A DNA stretch of 64,000 bases from a virus, in IMG/VR virus record IMGVR_UViG_3300032236_001727, positions 1 to 64,000 of that record. The stretch is one strand, 5' to 3'. This document shows, piece after piece, positions 1-7,591 of this stretch. The notes under the pieces were generated by a model. That model made no database searches. It saw only the letters and a program-made list of their open reading frames with translations, and had not been told where the DNA came from. Position 1 is the first letter of the stretch. Every line of letters begins with the position of its first letter. Both the position numbers and the translations under genes were made by a program.

Positions 1-353
1 AATAGTTTTTCTAATGCTTGGCGGGCTTCCGGGCTTGTTTTAGCTGCCTCCAATATCTGTGCTTTTGTTGGTGTTTGATCCATATTTTCATTTTTTTGTT
101 CCCATTCATCTAAAGTCATAATGGATATGTGGGATGGTAGTTCTGTTAGACCCCAATAGTTTGTATAACCATATGATGATGATTTTTCATCATATCCATA
201 ATAACAACCTTCTTGATGTCCCGACCATTCAGTTTTACTTCCTCCATTAGAATTAGCATATTCATTGAGTTGAGTTATGAATTCTTTCCATGTTGTGTTT
301 GTTCTGCAGTCTGAAGGGCATTGAATGGCGTAGTTGGGGTATGTTTTTTTCAT
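1..353 (-). CDS. Early modular paralog-family protein (domains A+C), 3'-truncated by window edge; not in ORF track
   Basis: Manual translation from ATG at 353: MKKTYPNYAIQCPSD...WKEFITQLN...YYG...TLDEWE...PTKAQILEAAKTSPEARQALEKL; similar to 1822..2721. Confidence 0.8.
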   Translation of the reverse strand, partial: MKKTYPNYAIQCPSDCRTNTTWKEFITQLNEYANSNGGSKTEWSGHQEGCYYGYDEKSSSYGYTNYWGLTELPSHISIMTLDEWEQKNENMDQTPTKAQILEAAKTSPEARQALEKL

Positions 354-380
354 TTTTATTGTTTTTTTGTTATTCTTATA

Positions 381-416
381 ATATAAAGATACGAAAAATA
401 ATTTAAGAAGCCAAAT
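381..416 (-). promoter_or_regulatory. Bacteroidota-type early promoter
   Basis: Minus strand TTTGGC-N-TTCGTATCTTTATAT, resembling the -33 TTTG / -7 TAnnTTTG consensus; repeated at least 11 times upstream of ORFs. Confidence 0.8.
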
Positions 417-525
417 AAATTTGCGGGTTTTTGCGTTTTCTTTGTTTGTTTTGAAAAAGGGACGGGGCGCGGACAGAACGGGTTAGATTTGCGAAAACGA
501 GCCACACCTCCCTCACACCATATCC

Positions 526-999
526 TCACATATCCACTTCCTCCTCATCCCGGACTTCCACCCTTTCCTTTGTTTTTTCCACATACTCCACAGCCCTATC
601 ATACATTTCACTATAATTGTTTTTATAAAACTCAACTATCATACTACTAAACTTTCTTGCAAAATAACCAATTTCCTTACTATCTTGCACATTTATAAAA
701 TAAGCCAAATGATCTGCTGTTTTCATATATTCCGATCTTTCATGTAGCCATTTTTCTCCTCCATACGTCCAGTACCTCATCCATCCCGCTATTGCCGTTT
801 TGTTATTCGTCCATACTACTGCTTTTTTATATATGGGTGTTAGTGTTTCCCATAGATCAATTATGGGGGAGACATTATACCACGTTATACAGGTTAGTAC
901 TCTAGCAAATCTATTTTTTATATTCATTATTTCGTCCCAGTGTCTTCCCGTACTGAATGCTGAATAAGTATAATACAGTGTTATTAGTGTTGTTGTCAT
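526..999 (-). CDS. Hypothetical protein
   Basis: 157-aa ORF on the coding strand. Confidence 0.6.
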   Translation of the reverse strand: MTTTLITLYYTYSAFSTGRHWDEIMNIKNRFARVLTCITWYNVSPIIDLWETLTPIYKKAVVWTNNKTAIAGWMRYWTYGGEKWLHERSEYMKTADHLAYFINVQDSKEIGYFARKFSSMIVEFYKNNYSEMYDRAVEYVEKTKERVEVRDEEEVDM

Positions 1000-1017
1000 T
1001 GGTGTTTGGTTTTGGGT

Positions 1018-1431
1018 TTAAAGGAATATGTTTGTGATGTCTGTGTATTTGGTGTTTGTTTTCTTGAAAATGATTTGATGGTTACCTTCTATGCCTTCTG
1101 TTGTTTCAATGTAATATATTTTAAATCCCGCATCTGTTATTTCTTTCAATTGTGAATCTGTGACCCATTCTTTCATTTGTTCTATAGATTTGAAAGCACA
1201 ATGGTATGGGTTTGGTACATCTCCTAAATCCCATTCAATTGATGCATTTATAAATGTATCACTAATGGGTAGGTCTGCTTGTGGCGGGGGCATGTTAAGG
1301 TGTTTTTCCTTTAATTCAATATAACAATCTAACCTATGTATTAAGTAATCATGTCTTGATGAATTATTTCCTGTACTTGTCCATAACCCATTACCATCTC
1401 CAGGGTGTTCTATCCTTACACATTGAATCAT
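1018..1431 (-). CDS. Hypothetical phage protein
   Basis: 137-aa ORF with A-rich start context. Confidence 0.7.
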   Translation of the reverse strand: MIQCVRIEHPGDGNGLWTSTGNNSSRHDYLIHRLDCYIELKEKHLNMPPPQADLPISDTFINASIEWDLGDVPNPYHCAFKSIEQMKEWVTDSQLKEITDAGFKIYYIETTEGIEGNHQIIFKKTNTKYTDITNIFL

Positions 1432-1463
1432 TGTTGTTTGGTGTTTTATGTAAAGTTAATAAA

Positions 1464-1865
1464 TTATTTCGATACTTCCAAACATTTTTCAGCAAATCTT
1501 TTTGTTGCATTTTCATAAACCCTTCTCGCTTTATGCGCTTCAAATATTGCTTCATCTAATTCATCTATTTTATCTGCATGTCTTGTAATAGATAAAAGAG
1601 TTGAAAGTATTACAGAAATAGATATCAATCCTGAACACATTAAAATTGTTATGAAAGTATTATCTGCATGACCCAAAATTATATTTTTTAAAAATTCTCC
1701 ACCGCCAAATAAATTTTCAAATCCAATCATTGCCACAAATAGCATGGAAAGAAAAGTAGGTATAGCAAGAAATATAGACGCAGTTATGAAGTGTTTTAGT
1801 TTCATTTTTTTTTGTTTGTTTTTATTCAGATATTTCTTCAAATCCAAAATGTACTCCTTTTCCAT
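1464..1865 (-). CDS. Membrane protein (2 TM); real start probably MKLKH near 1805
   Basis: Two hydrophobic stretches followed by a coiled tail. Confidence 0.65.
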   Translation of the reverse strand: MEKEYILDLKKYLNKNKQKKMKLKHFITASIFLAIPTFLSMLFVAMIGFENLFGGGEFLKNIILGHADNTFITILMCSGLISISVILSTLLSITRHADKIDELDEAIFEAHKARRVYENATKRFAEKCLEVSK

Positions 1866-2721
1866 TGATATCGTATCTGCCTACTACTTCACCCTTATTA
1901 TCAAATATTACAAAGTTGTATTTGTTTTTGTGAACACCACCAGTCATACTAGGTGATAGATAAAAGCTTTTATGTTTTAGTTCTGTCTTTCTAGCATTAC
2001 CATATGCTGTGGTTATTCCTATTTTTATGTCGTTGAGTAGTTGTGTTAGGTTTGGAATAGCCGTTCCATCATGTTCTCCTATTTTGCCATCTACTCTTGG
2101 TACTTCCATTAAACGGGGTCCAAAACATTCCGGGAATAGTTTTTTCAGTGCTTGTTTTGCTTCAGGGCTTGTTTTAGCCGCTTCCAATATTTGGTCTTTT
2201 GTTGGTGTGTTCATTTTTGTTTTTGGTGTTATATATGTTTGTTCAAATTGTTTATAGGTTATTAGAGTGGCTTGATCATGTGTTATTTCACTTTTATCAT
2301 AATAGTTTATTTCCCCAAATTTATTGACTCCATAATGAAATAATGTCCCTCCACCATTGTTATGTGGATCAGAAAATCCAGCTTGTATCAAATAATTGAA
2401 TACTTCTTCATTATGACCTGGTTCTATATAAGTGTTTAGTGGGAATTTAGTATCTTTTCCATTAACAATTTCATCCCACTGTTCAAGAGTTAATTCTATT
2501 GCACCTTCAGGAAATGAAAGGATAGAAGAATGCATATTTGTTCCACCATAATGATCATCATCTGTACCATAGTATTGACCTATTGAATTTCCTTCCCAAT
2601 CTCCCTTCCATCTATTCGTTTCACCATGTTTATTCAACCACTTTATGTATTCTCGCCATTTTGGATTTTTGGGGTAATCCTTAAGGCATTCTATTGCAAA
2701 ATATTTAGGTAATTTATTCAT
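1822..2721 (-). CDS. Early modular paralog-family protein (domains A-B-C-E)
   Basis: LPKYFAI...WxxYIKWLN...YYG...LTLEQWDEIVN shared with four other ORFs in the window. Confidence 0.8.
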   Translation of the reverse strand: MNKLPKYFAIECLKDYPKNPKWREYIKWLNKHGETNRWKGDWEGNSIGQYYGTDDDHYGGTNMHSSILSFPEGAIELTLEQWDEIVNGKDTKFPLNTYIEPGHNEEVFNYLIQAGFSDPHNNGGGTLFHYGVNKFGEINYYDKSEITHDQATLITYKQFEQTYITPKTKMNTPTKDQILEAAKTSPEAKQALKKLFPECFGPRLMEVPRVDGKIGEHDGTAIPNLTQLLNDIKIGITTAYGNARKTELKHKSFYLSPSMTGGVHKNKYNFVIFDNKGEVVGRYDINGKGVHFGFEEISE

Positions 2722-2907
2722 TTTTATTGTTTTATATTTTTTTTTATTTGTATAGATTGTAAATAAATGGCTTGTATAGAAACACTTTTATCACTTGTCC
2801 TACTATAACCATAACTAGGAATAGTTTTTAATTCTGATTTTATGTATTCTTCCAATTCTTTTGGAGAGTTGAATGTTATTTCTATTCTGTTCATAATTTT
2901 TATTATG

Positions 2908-2943
2908 ATATAAAGATACGAAAATTATTTTAGGGAGTCAAAT
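2908..2943 (-). promoter_or_regulatory. Early promoter repeat
   Basis: TTTGAC-N-TTCGTATCTTTATAT. Confidence 0.75.
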
Positions 2944-2976
2944 AAAATTGTTAAAGTTTTATCTTTTACAATATAT

Positions 2977-3597
2977 TTATTTTTTTCTTGTTGGAACCAA
3001 ACAAACAACACCACTCACATCTTCTACAAGTTTCCAATCATAAAGATTATTAAGATAAAATGATTTGTCTCTGAGGTTGGATTCACTACGTACTGATATT
3101 AATGAAGTGCATGTATCCCCATCTTTTTTAAATAGTTCTAAATTATCAACCTTATCCTTACTCAAATCAATTTCATTAGTGTCTTTTCCAAATATCTCAT
3201 CAAATGAAGCATTTTGAGGACCTGTACAAGCTTTTCTCATTTTTTGATAGAATTCTTCGGTAATTTCTATTGGTCTTTCAAGAACTATTTCTTTTGCCCA
3301 TTTTTCTGCAAGTTTTACTTTCCAACGGGCACAAGCAATTTTAATAATTTCTTGAGCTTGAGTATAACTTATTGACCTAGACTTGTTTTTTACATCTGTT
3401 AATTCTACATCATCAAATGCAAAAGCATAGTCTATTATTACACCTTTAAAGCCCTCAGTGTTTAGACACAGTTTACCTCCATATTCTTCTGAAATTACTT
3501 CAGTGACTGTAAAAATGTTTCCTGTTAAGTCTGTTCCTCCGTATTTAGATTTCTTAAGAACTTTTACTTTGTCTCCTACTTTAAATGTTTTTTTCAT
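2977..3597 (-). CDS. Modular paralog-family protein (KOW/SH3-like N-terminus, domains D-E)
   Basis: FKVGDKVKV N-terminus; EEFYQxMRKACTxxQNxxFDEIFGK shared with 17220..18137; KSFYL shared with 1822..2721. Confidence 0.8.
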   Translation of the reverse strand: MKKTFKVGDKVKVLKKSKYGGTDLTGNIFTVTEVISEEYGGKLCLNTEGFKGVIIDYAFAFDDVELTDVKNKSRSISYTQAQEIIKIACARWKVKLAEKWAKEIVLERPIEITEEFYQKMRKACTGPQNASFDEIFGKDTNEIDLSKDKVDNLELFKKDGDTCTSLISVRSESNLRDKSFYLNNLYDWKLVEDVSGVVCLVPTRKK

Positions 3598-3600
3598 TTC

Positions 3601-4134
3601 TTATTGTTTTTCTGGTTTGTTAAGGTATTCTTTTTCAAATGTTTTAAAAGTTATTACAGTAGGTTTGCTTTCAGGAGCACATACTCTATAATCTGATGCA
3701 TAGTAAATATCATTATTAGAATCAACTCCATAATGTCCGTTCACACCACCTCCGTCCCAGCCTCCTTTATTATGTCCAGATGATATTAAATAATCAAAAA
3801 CTATTTGATTTTGAGTTTCAGGATCATCACATTTCACATATGTGTTGGGAGGAAATTTTTTATTATTAGGTGTGGTAAGTTCTTTCCATTCCTCCAATGT
3901 TATGAGTTGAACCCTTTCATGTCTATAGAAATGTTTAAATTTCACCACACAGTTAGTACCTGCATCACCTCCTAGTCCACCATCTATTCCATAATATGCT
4001 CCTACATCACCTGAAAAGGTGTTGTTACTACCTCGTTCTTTTAAAATATTATTTAGGTATGAAATATATTCTTCCCAAAGTGGGTGTTTAGTGTCTGTTT
4101 TAATAGCAAAATAGGCAGGCAGTACTTTTTTCAT
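3601..4134 (-). CDS. Modular paralog-family protein (domains A-B)
   Basis: LPAYFAI...W..YI..LN...YYG...ITLEEW; KFPPNTY...HYGV shared with 1822..2721. Confidence 0.8.
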   Translation of the reverse strand: MKKVLPAYFAIKTDTKHPLWEEYISYLNNILKERGSNNTFSGDVGAYYGIDGGLGGDAGTNCVVKFKHFYRHERVQLITLEEWKELTTPNNKKFPPNTYVKCDDPETQNQIVFDYLISSGHNKGGWDGGGVNGHYGVDSNNDIYYASDYRVCAPESKPTVITFKTFEKEYLNKPEKQ

Positions 4135-4150
4135 TTTTATTATTTTATTG

Positions 4151-4185
4151 ATATAAAGATACGAAAAATTTTTTAAAAAGCCAAG
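4151..4185 (-). promoter_or_regulatory. Early promoter repeat
   Basis: TTGGC-N-TTCGTATCTTTATAT. Confidence 0.8.
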
Positions 4186-4201
4186 TTTTTAATTAAAAAA
4201 A

Positions 4202-4277
4202 GACCTAAGTTCGCTCATATCTGTAAGGGTTCTTATGTATAACAGATTTACCATTGTTTCTGGCACCTCCTTAGGTC
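4202..4277 (-). ncRNA. Putative small structured RNA with its own promoter
   Basis: Closing helix GACCTAAG/CTTAGGTC, inner hairpins TGCCA/TGGTA and ATCTGT/ACAGAT; lies between two promoter repeats with no ORF. Confidence 0.55.
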
Positions 4278-4290
4278 CTTTTATCTTATA

Positions 4291-4326
4291 ATGTAAAGAT
4301 ACGAAAAATAATTTAGAAAGCCAAAT
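4291..4326 (-). promoter_or_regulatory. Early promoter repeat
   Basis: TTTGGC-N-TTCGTATCTTTACAT. Confidence 0.8.
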
Positions 4327-4328
4327 TT

Positions 4329-4541
4329 TTACCTGTAGAGGATAACATATTCTCCAAAATATTTTTCAAATACATCTATAAGGTTTTCATAATCACTTGC
4401 TGTCATCTCTTCATGAATAGCATCAGCATCTAAACTCAGTTGGTTAGCAAATCTACGGGCTTGTCCCAACAAAAAAAAGGCATTACCTTGTGGACCTGTT
4501 AGATCAATTTCAATAAATTCTGTATTTTTAGGCTTGATCAT
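4329..4541 (-). CDS. Small conserved phage protein
   Basis: IDLTGPQGNAFFLLG motif, recalled from phage hypothetical proteins. Confidence 0.75.
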   Translation of the reverse strand: MIKPKNTEFIEIDLTGPQGNAFFLLGQARRFANQLSLDADAIHEEMTASDYENLIDVFEKYFGEYVILYR

Positions 4542-4566
4542 ATGTTTTTTTATTTAGTTTAAATTG

Positions 4567-4893
4567 TTAAATACTTATTTCCCTGTATACTCCCATTATT
4601 TCAATTGTATTTGGGTATTCTTCTGCTCCCCATTCAGGTTCATACATAGACATAGTTGTTTTGGTTCTAATATATTCTTTCTTATAGTATTTCTTTGATA
4701 GTTTATATGCCATATAATAAGCTTCAAATACAGAAGAACAGTCATGTGTTACTATGTCTCTGCTAGAAATGGCTGTAAGTCTTTGTACGACAGCTTGAAA
4801 TGTTCCTTTTTTATCTTCTTTTGGGTGATTATCCCAAAATTCTTTTGGAAGAAATAATCCTCTCCAAAAAGGTATGTGTTTATTTTTTATCAT
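4567..4893 (-). CDS. Hypothetical protein
   Basis: 108-aa ORF. Confidence 0.65.
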   Translation of the reverse strand: MIKNKHIPFWRGLFLPKEFWDNHPKEDKKGTFQAVVQRLTAISSRDIVTHDCSSVFEAYYMAYKLSKKYYKKEYIRTKTTMSMYEPEWGAEEYPNTIEIMGVYREISI

Positions 4894-4924
4894 ACATAAA
4901 ATTTATTTAAATTAAAAAATGATC

Positions 4925-5005
4925 ATAACAGAGGGTAATCAATAACAGACCCTTTTTAGCCTTAAACTGTAAATACACCCACAACAGTTAAAGACTATCT
5001 GTTAT
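4925..5005 (-). ncRNA. Putative structured RNA (array element 1)
   Basis: ATAACAGA pairs with either of two TCTGTTAT copies; long inner hairpin TAGTCTT-AACTGT/ACAGTT-AAGGCTA. Confidence 0.5.
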
Positions 5006-5031
5006 CAAACTTTTTGTTATGACCAATAAGA

Positions 5032-5248
5032 TGATACTCTGTCTCCAATAACCAGTTGGAGTAGCTATCAGAAGTGTTCTGAAACTTTTAGCTACCTCTC
5101 TAACAAATAACAGCTTCTGGTAAAGCTTGGTAGGTTACATTAAGAGTTTGTCAAATTCTCTACAGGAATTTCTTTGTGGTTATCTGGCAGATTCCAGCTC
5201 CCGTGATTTACCAACTCTACCTATTTGTCTTCAAAGAACAGAGTATCA
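5032..5248 (-). ncRNA. Putative 217-nt multi-stem structured RNA (array element 2)
   Basis: 11-bp closing helix TGATACTCTGT/ACAGAGTATCA, at least six nested helices and two possible pseudoknots. Confidence 0.65.
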
Positions 5249-5260
5249 ATATTTTAATAG

Positions 5261-5414
5261 AAAATGCGCTAGGACTCGAACCTAGAACAAGAGTAGGGCT
5301 GTTAACTCCATTTCTGGATTAAGGACTGACTATTAAGCCAAGGCATTTCCGTCTTACTACTATTCCTATTTATTAAGTCATGCAACCTGTGTATACCAAT
5401 TCCACCACACATCT
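5261..5414 (-). ncRNA. tRNA-like RNA with an approximately 80-nt insert in the anticodon loop (array element 3)
   Basis: Acceptor AGATGTG/CGCATTT, D arm GTGGAATTGGTATACAC, T arm CTAGG-TTCGAGT-CCTAG, stem GGTTG/CAGCC enclosing the insert. Confidence 0.7.
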
Positions 5415-5427
5415 ATTTAAAAAATAA

Positions 5428-5512
5428 AGTAATTACTTAGACAGTTTAAAGATCGCCACTATTAGGCTCAACTGTTTTTCATGATCAATAGTTATTTAAC
5501 TAAGTAATTACT
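5428..5512 (-). ncRNA. Putative pseudoknotted RNA (array element 4)
   Basis: 13-bp perfect closing helix AGTAATTACTTAG/CTAAGTAATTACT; crossing pairings GATC/GATC and ACAGTT/AACTGT. Confidence 0.55.
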
Positions 5513-5532
5513 AAAAAGAACTAATAAAATAA

Positions 5533-5691
5533 GATAGTAACTAAAAGGGCACTTTGTTTTCACGGTTTGTTGTATCTGGAGAGCTCATTCCCAATTAAAA
5601 GTGCTAAATACTAGACATTATCCAGCCTTTTTTGTTTAAATGCCTTCTCAGCCTATGATTATGTACACTTATCATAAACCAGCAACCTATC
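5533..5691 (-). ncRNA. Putative structured RNA (array element 5)
   Basis: GATAG/CTATC ends; hairpin TTTATGAT/ATCATAGG; AAAAGG/CCTTTT; crossing CTGGA/TCCAG and GCACTTT/AAAGTGC. Confidence 0.5.
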
Positions 5692-5696
5692 AATTT

Positions 5697-6437
5697 TTAT
5701 TTGTTAATTCTCAAATATTCGTTCCAAACTTCAATCCATTTTTCAACTGTTGTCTCATTAGATTGACAACCAGTTTTTGACAATACTACTTCTTTTATTT
5801 CAAAAGCATATGAATCAAATTGTGCAGGTATGGATAAATACCATTTATACATTTGTTCAACATATTCTGTTATGTTGTCACTTTTATGAAAAATACCTTC
5901 ATTGGTTATCTTCAAATCAAACACCTCATTCATCTGTACTGTTGTTTCTTGATGTTTGTATATAGGTTCAAACCATAGCTTTAGTACACCAGCTTTTTCA
6001 AGTTGATTAGCTGTTGATGAATCTGTGTTTATTCGGCCCACACTATTCATAAGATAATTACTATCAGGAACTATAGCTAATGCGACTTTGCGATAACATT
6101 CAAATTCTTTTTTTAGTTTATAACCAATTGGTTCTTTTTGTTTTTGCATTTTTTCGTGTTTAGGGTTAACAATTTCATCCCATTGTTCAAGGGTTAGTTT
6201 TACTGTACCTTTTGGAAAAGAAGATAATTCATGATTCCATTCAGTATTTCCCCAGCAAATATTTTTTCCAATTCCATAATATGCTCCTTCTGTATTTCCA
6301 TCCCAACACCAAGTTCCTGTTCTGGGATTATTTTCATATGCATAGCCGTTGAGCCATTTTATGTATTTTGCCCATAAAGGATTTGTTTCATAGTCCTCGG
6401 GGGTTGCAATCGCAAAATGTTTAGGTAGTTGTTCCAT
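5697..6437 (-). CDS. Modular paralog-family protein (domain A + unique C-terminus)
   Basis: LPKHFAI...DYETNPLWAKYIKWLN...GTVKLTLEQWDEIVN. Confidence 0.8.
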   Translation of the reverse strand: MEQLPKHFAIATPEDYETNPLWAKYIKWLNGYAYENNPRTGTWCWDGNTEGAYYGIGKNICWGNTEWNHELSSFPKGTVKLTLEQWDEIVNPKHEKMQKQKEPIGYKLKKEFECYRKVALAIVPDSNYLMNSVGRINTDSSTANQLEKAGVLKLWFEPIYKHQETTVQMNEVFDLKITNEGIFHKSDNITEYVEQMYKWYLSIPAQFDSYAFEIKEVVLSKTGCQSNETTVEKWIEVWNEYLRINK

Positions 6438-6452
6438 TATTTATTTGATTTA

Positions 6453-7253
6453 TTAGTTTACATAAGTTAATGCTATATCAAATAGCTTTTTATTTATTGA
6501 TATGTCTTGGCTAAAGTTTTTCACTTTGCGAGCTTTACGTGTTTTAGTACTGTAGTTGTATTGGAAATCTCCATTGAGTATTTTTTCCTGCACCACATTG
6601 AATACACTCCATAGGCTATTTCCTTTGTCTTCATTACGTACAGGACTTAGTAGTGCTTCATAATCTACTTTTATCCTATCATTTTGCTCAGTTCCAAATC
6701 TTGCTTCCAATGCTTTTTTAGCAAATTCTATTGCTTGTTCCTGCAATAGTTCTATATTTTTCATTTTATTCATACTATCAACTGTTAGTGGTAGTTTTTC
6801 AACCATAGCATGAATTTTATTTTGCAGTTCCTCAAATGTATAACCTATGTGACGAATCTTTACATCTTCAAACTGTTCAGTAGATACCACCAAACCATTT
6901 TCACATATACATCTGAATATACCAGCTGTGAATGTAAATGCATTCTTTCCATCATGTGAATTACTCAACAAAATTTGGGGGAAAACATCATCACCATTAT
7001 CTCCAGTTATTATTATGTCTGGGTTTCTAAACACTATGAGATGTTTTTGGAATCCTATTCCGGTTCGTGCTTTGACTTCTTTAGCATCTACTACTTTCCA
7101 ACCCAACATCTCCATATCATCTATAACCTTATCGGTTGGAATGTGAGTGTATTGTTCTGACAAATGATGAGCTCGCTGTGTTGTGAACACAGATGGGGCT
7201 TGTTTCTTAATTTCTTCTTTGGTTTTGAAAACCATATTTGATAGATCTAACAT
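6453..7253 (-). CDS. DUF932/DUF945-family protein
   Basis: APSVF...YTHIPT, ILLSNSHDG, AGIFRCICENG, IRH and LWSVFNVVQE motifs. Confidence 0.85.
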   Translation of the reverse strand: MLDLSNMVFKTKEEIKKQAPSVFTTQRAHHLSEQYTHIPTDKVIDDMEMLGWKVVDAKEVKARTGIGFQKHLIVFRNPDIIITGDNGDDVFPQILLSNSHDGKNAFTFTAGIFRCICENGLVVSTEQFEDVKIRHIGYTFEELQNKIHAMVEKLPLTVDSMNKMKNIELLQEQAIEFAKKALEARFGTEQNDRIKVDYEALLSPVRNEDKGNSLWSVFNVVQEKILNGDFQYNYSTKTRKARKVKNFSQDISINKKLFDIALTYVN

Positions 7254-7284
7254 AACTGTTTTATTTTTTGTTTAAAATATTATG

Positions 7285-7319
7285 ATATAAAGATACGAAT
7301 CTTTTCTTAGGGAGCCAAG
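7285..7319 (-). promoter_or_regulatory. Early promoter repeat
   Basis: TTGGC-N-TTCGTATCTTTATAT. Confidence 0.8.
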
Positions 7320-7591
7320 TTTTTTAACAAGAAAATAATAAGATAATTTTGCAAATTATCAATAAAGTAAATGCTACTACAGCTACCCAATAGGCGGGTG
7401 TTTTTTCAGTCATTTTAGTGGTTTAAAAATTGTTATAGTATAATGTACTTCCAATAGCATAAGCTAACCAAAACACAGCAAACATAATCAATGAACCTAA
7501 TATGCCTATATCAATTATTACTTTTATAGTAATAGCGGCTATAGCCAATACTATTAGTCCTAAAATTATTTTAATAATGAATTCGAACATA

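Noticed and set aside
5032-5248. RNase P RNA
   Set aside because: Lacks the GAGGAAAGUCC and AC(A/C)xAAxxCGGCUUA conserved regions
5261-5414. tmRNA or group I intron-containing tRNA; shares a 12-mer (ATAGTAGTAAGA) with the 3' splice junction of the trnL intron
   Set aside because: Has a full D arm, no tag ORF and no P/Q/R/S core; the 12-mer is AT-rich and implies no sensible splice product
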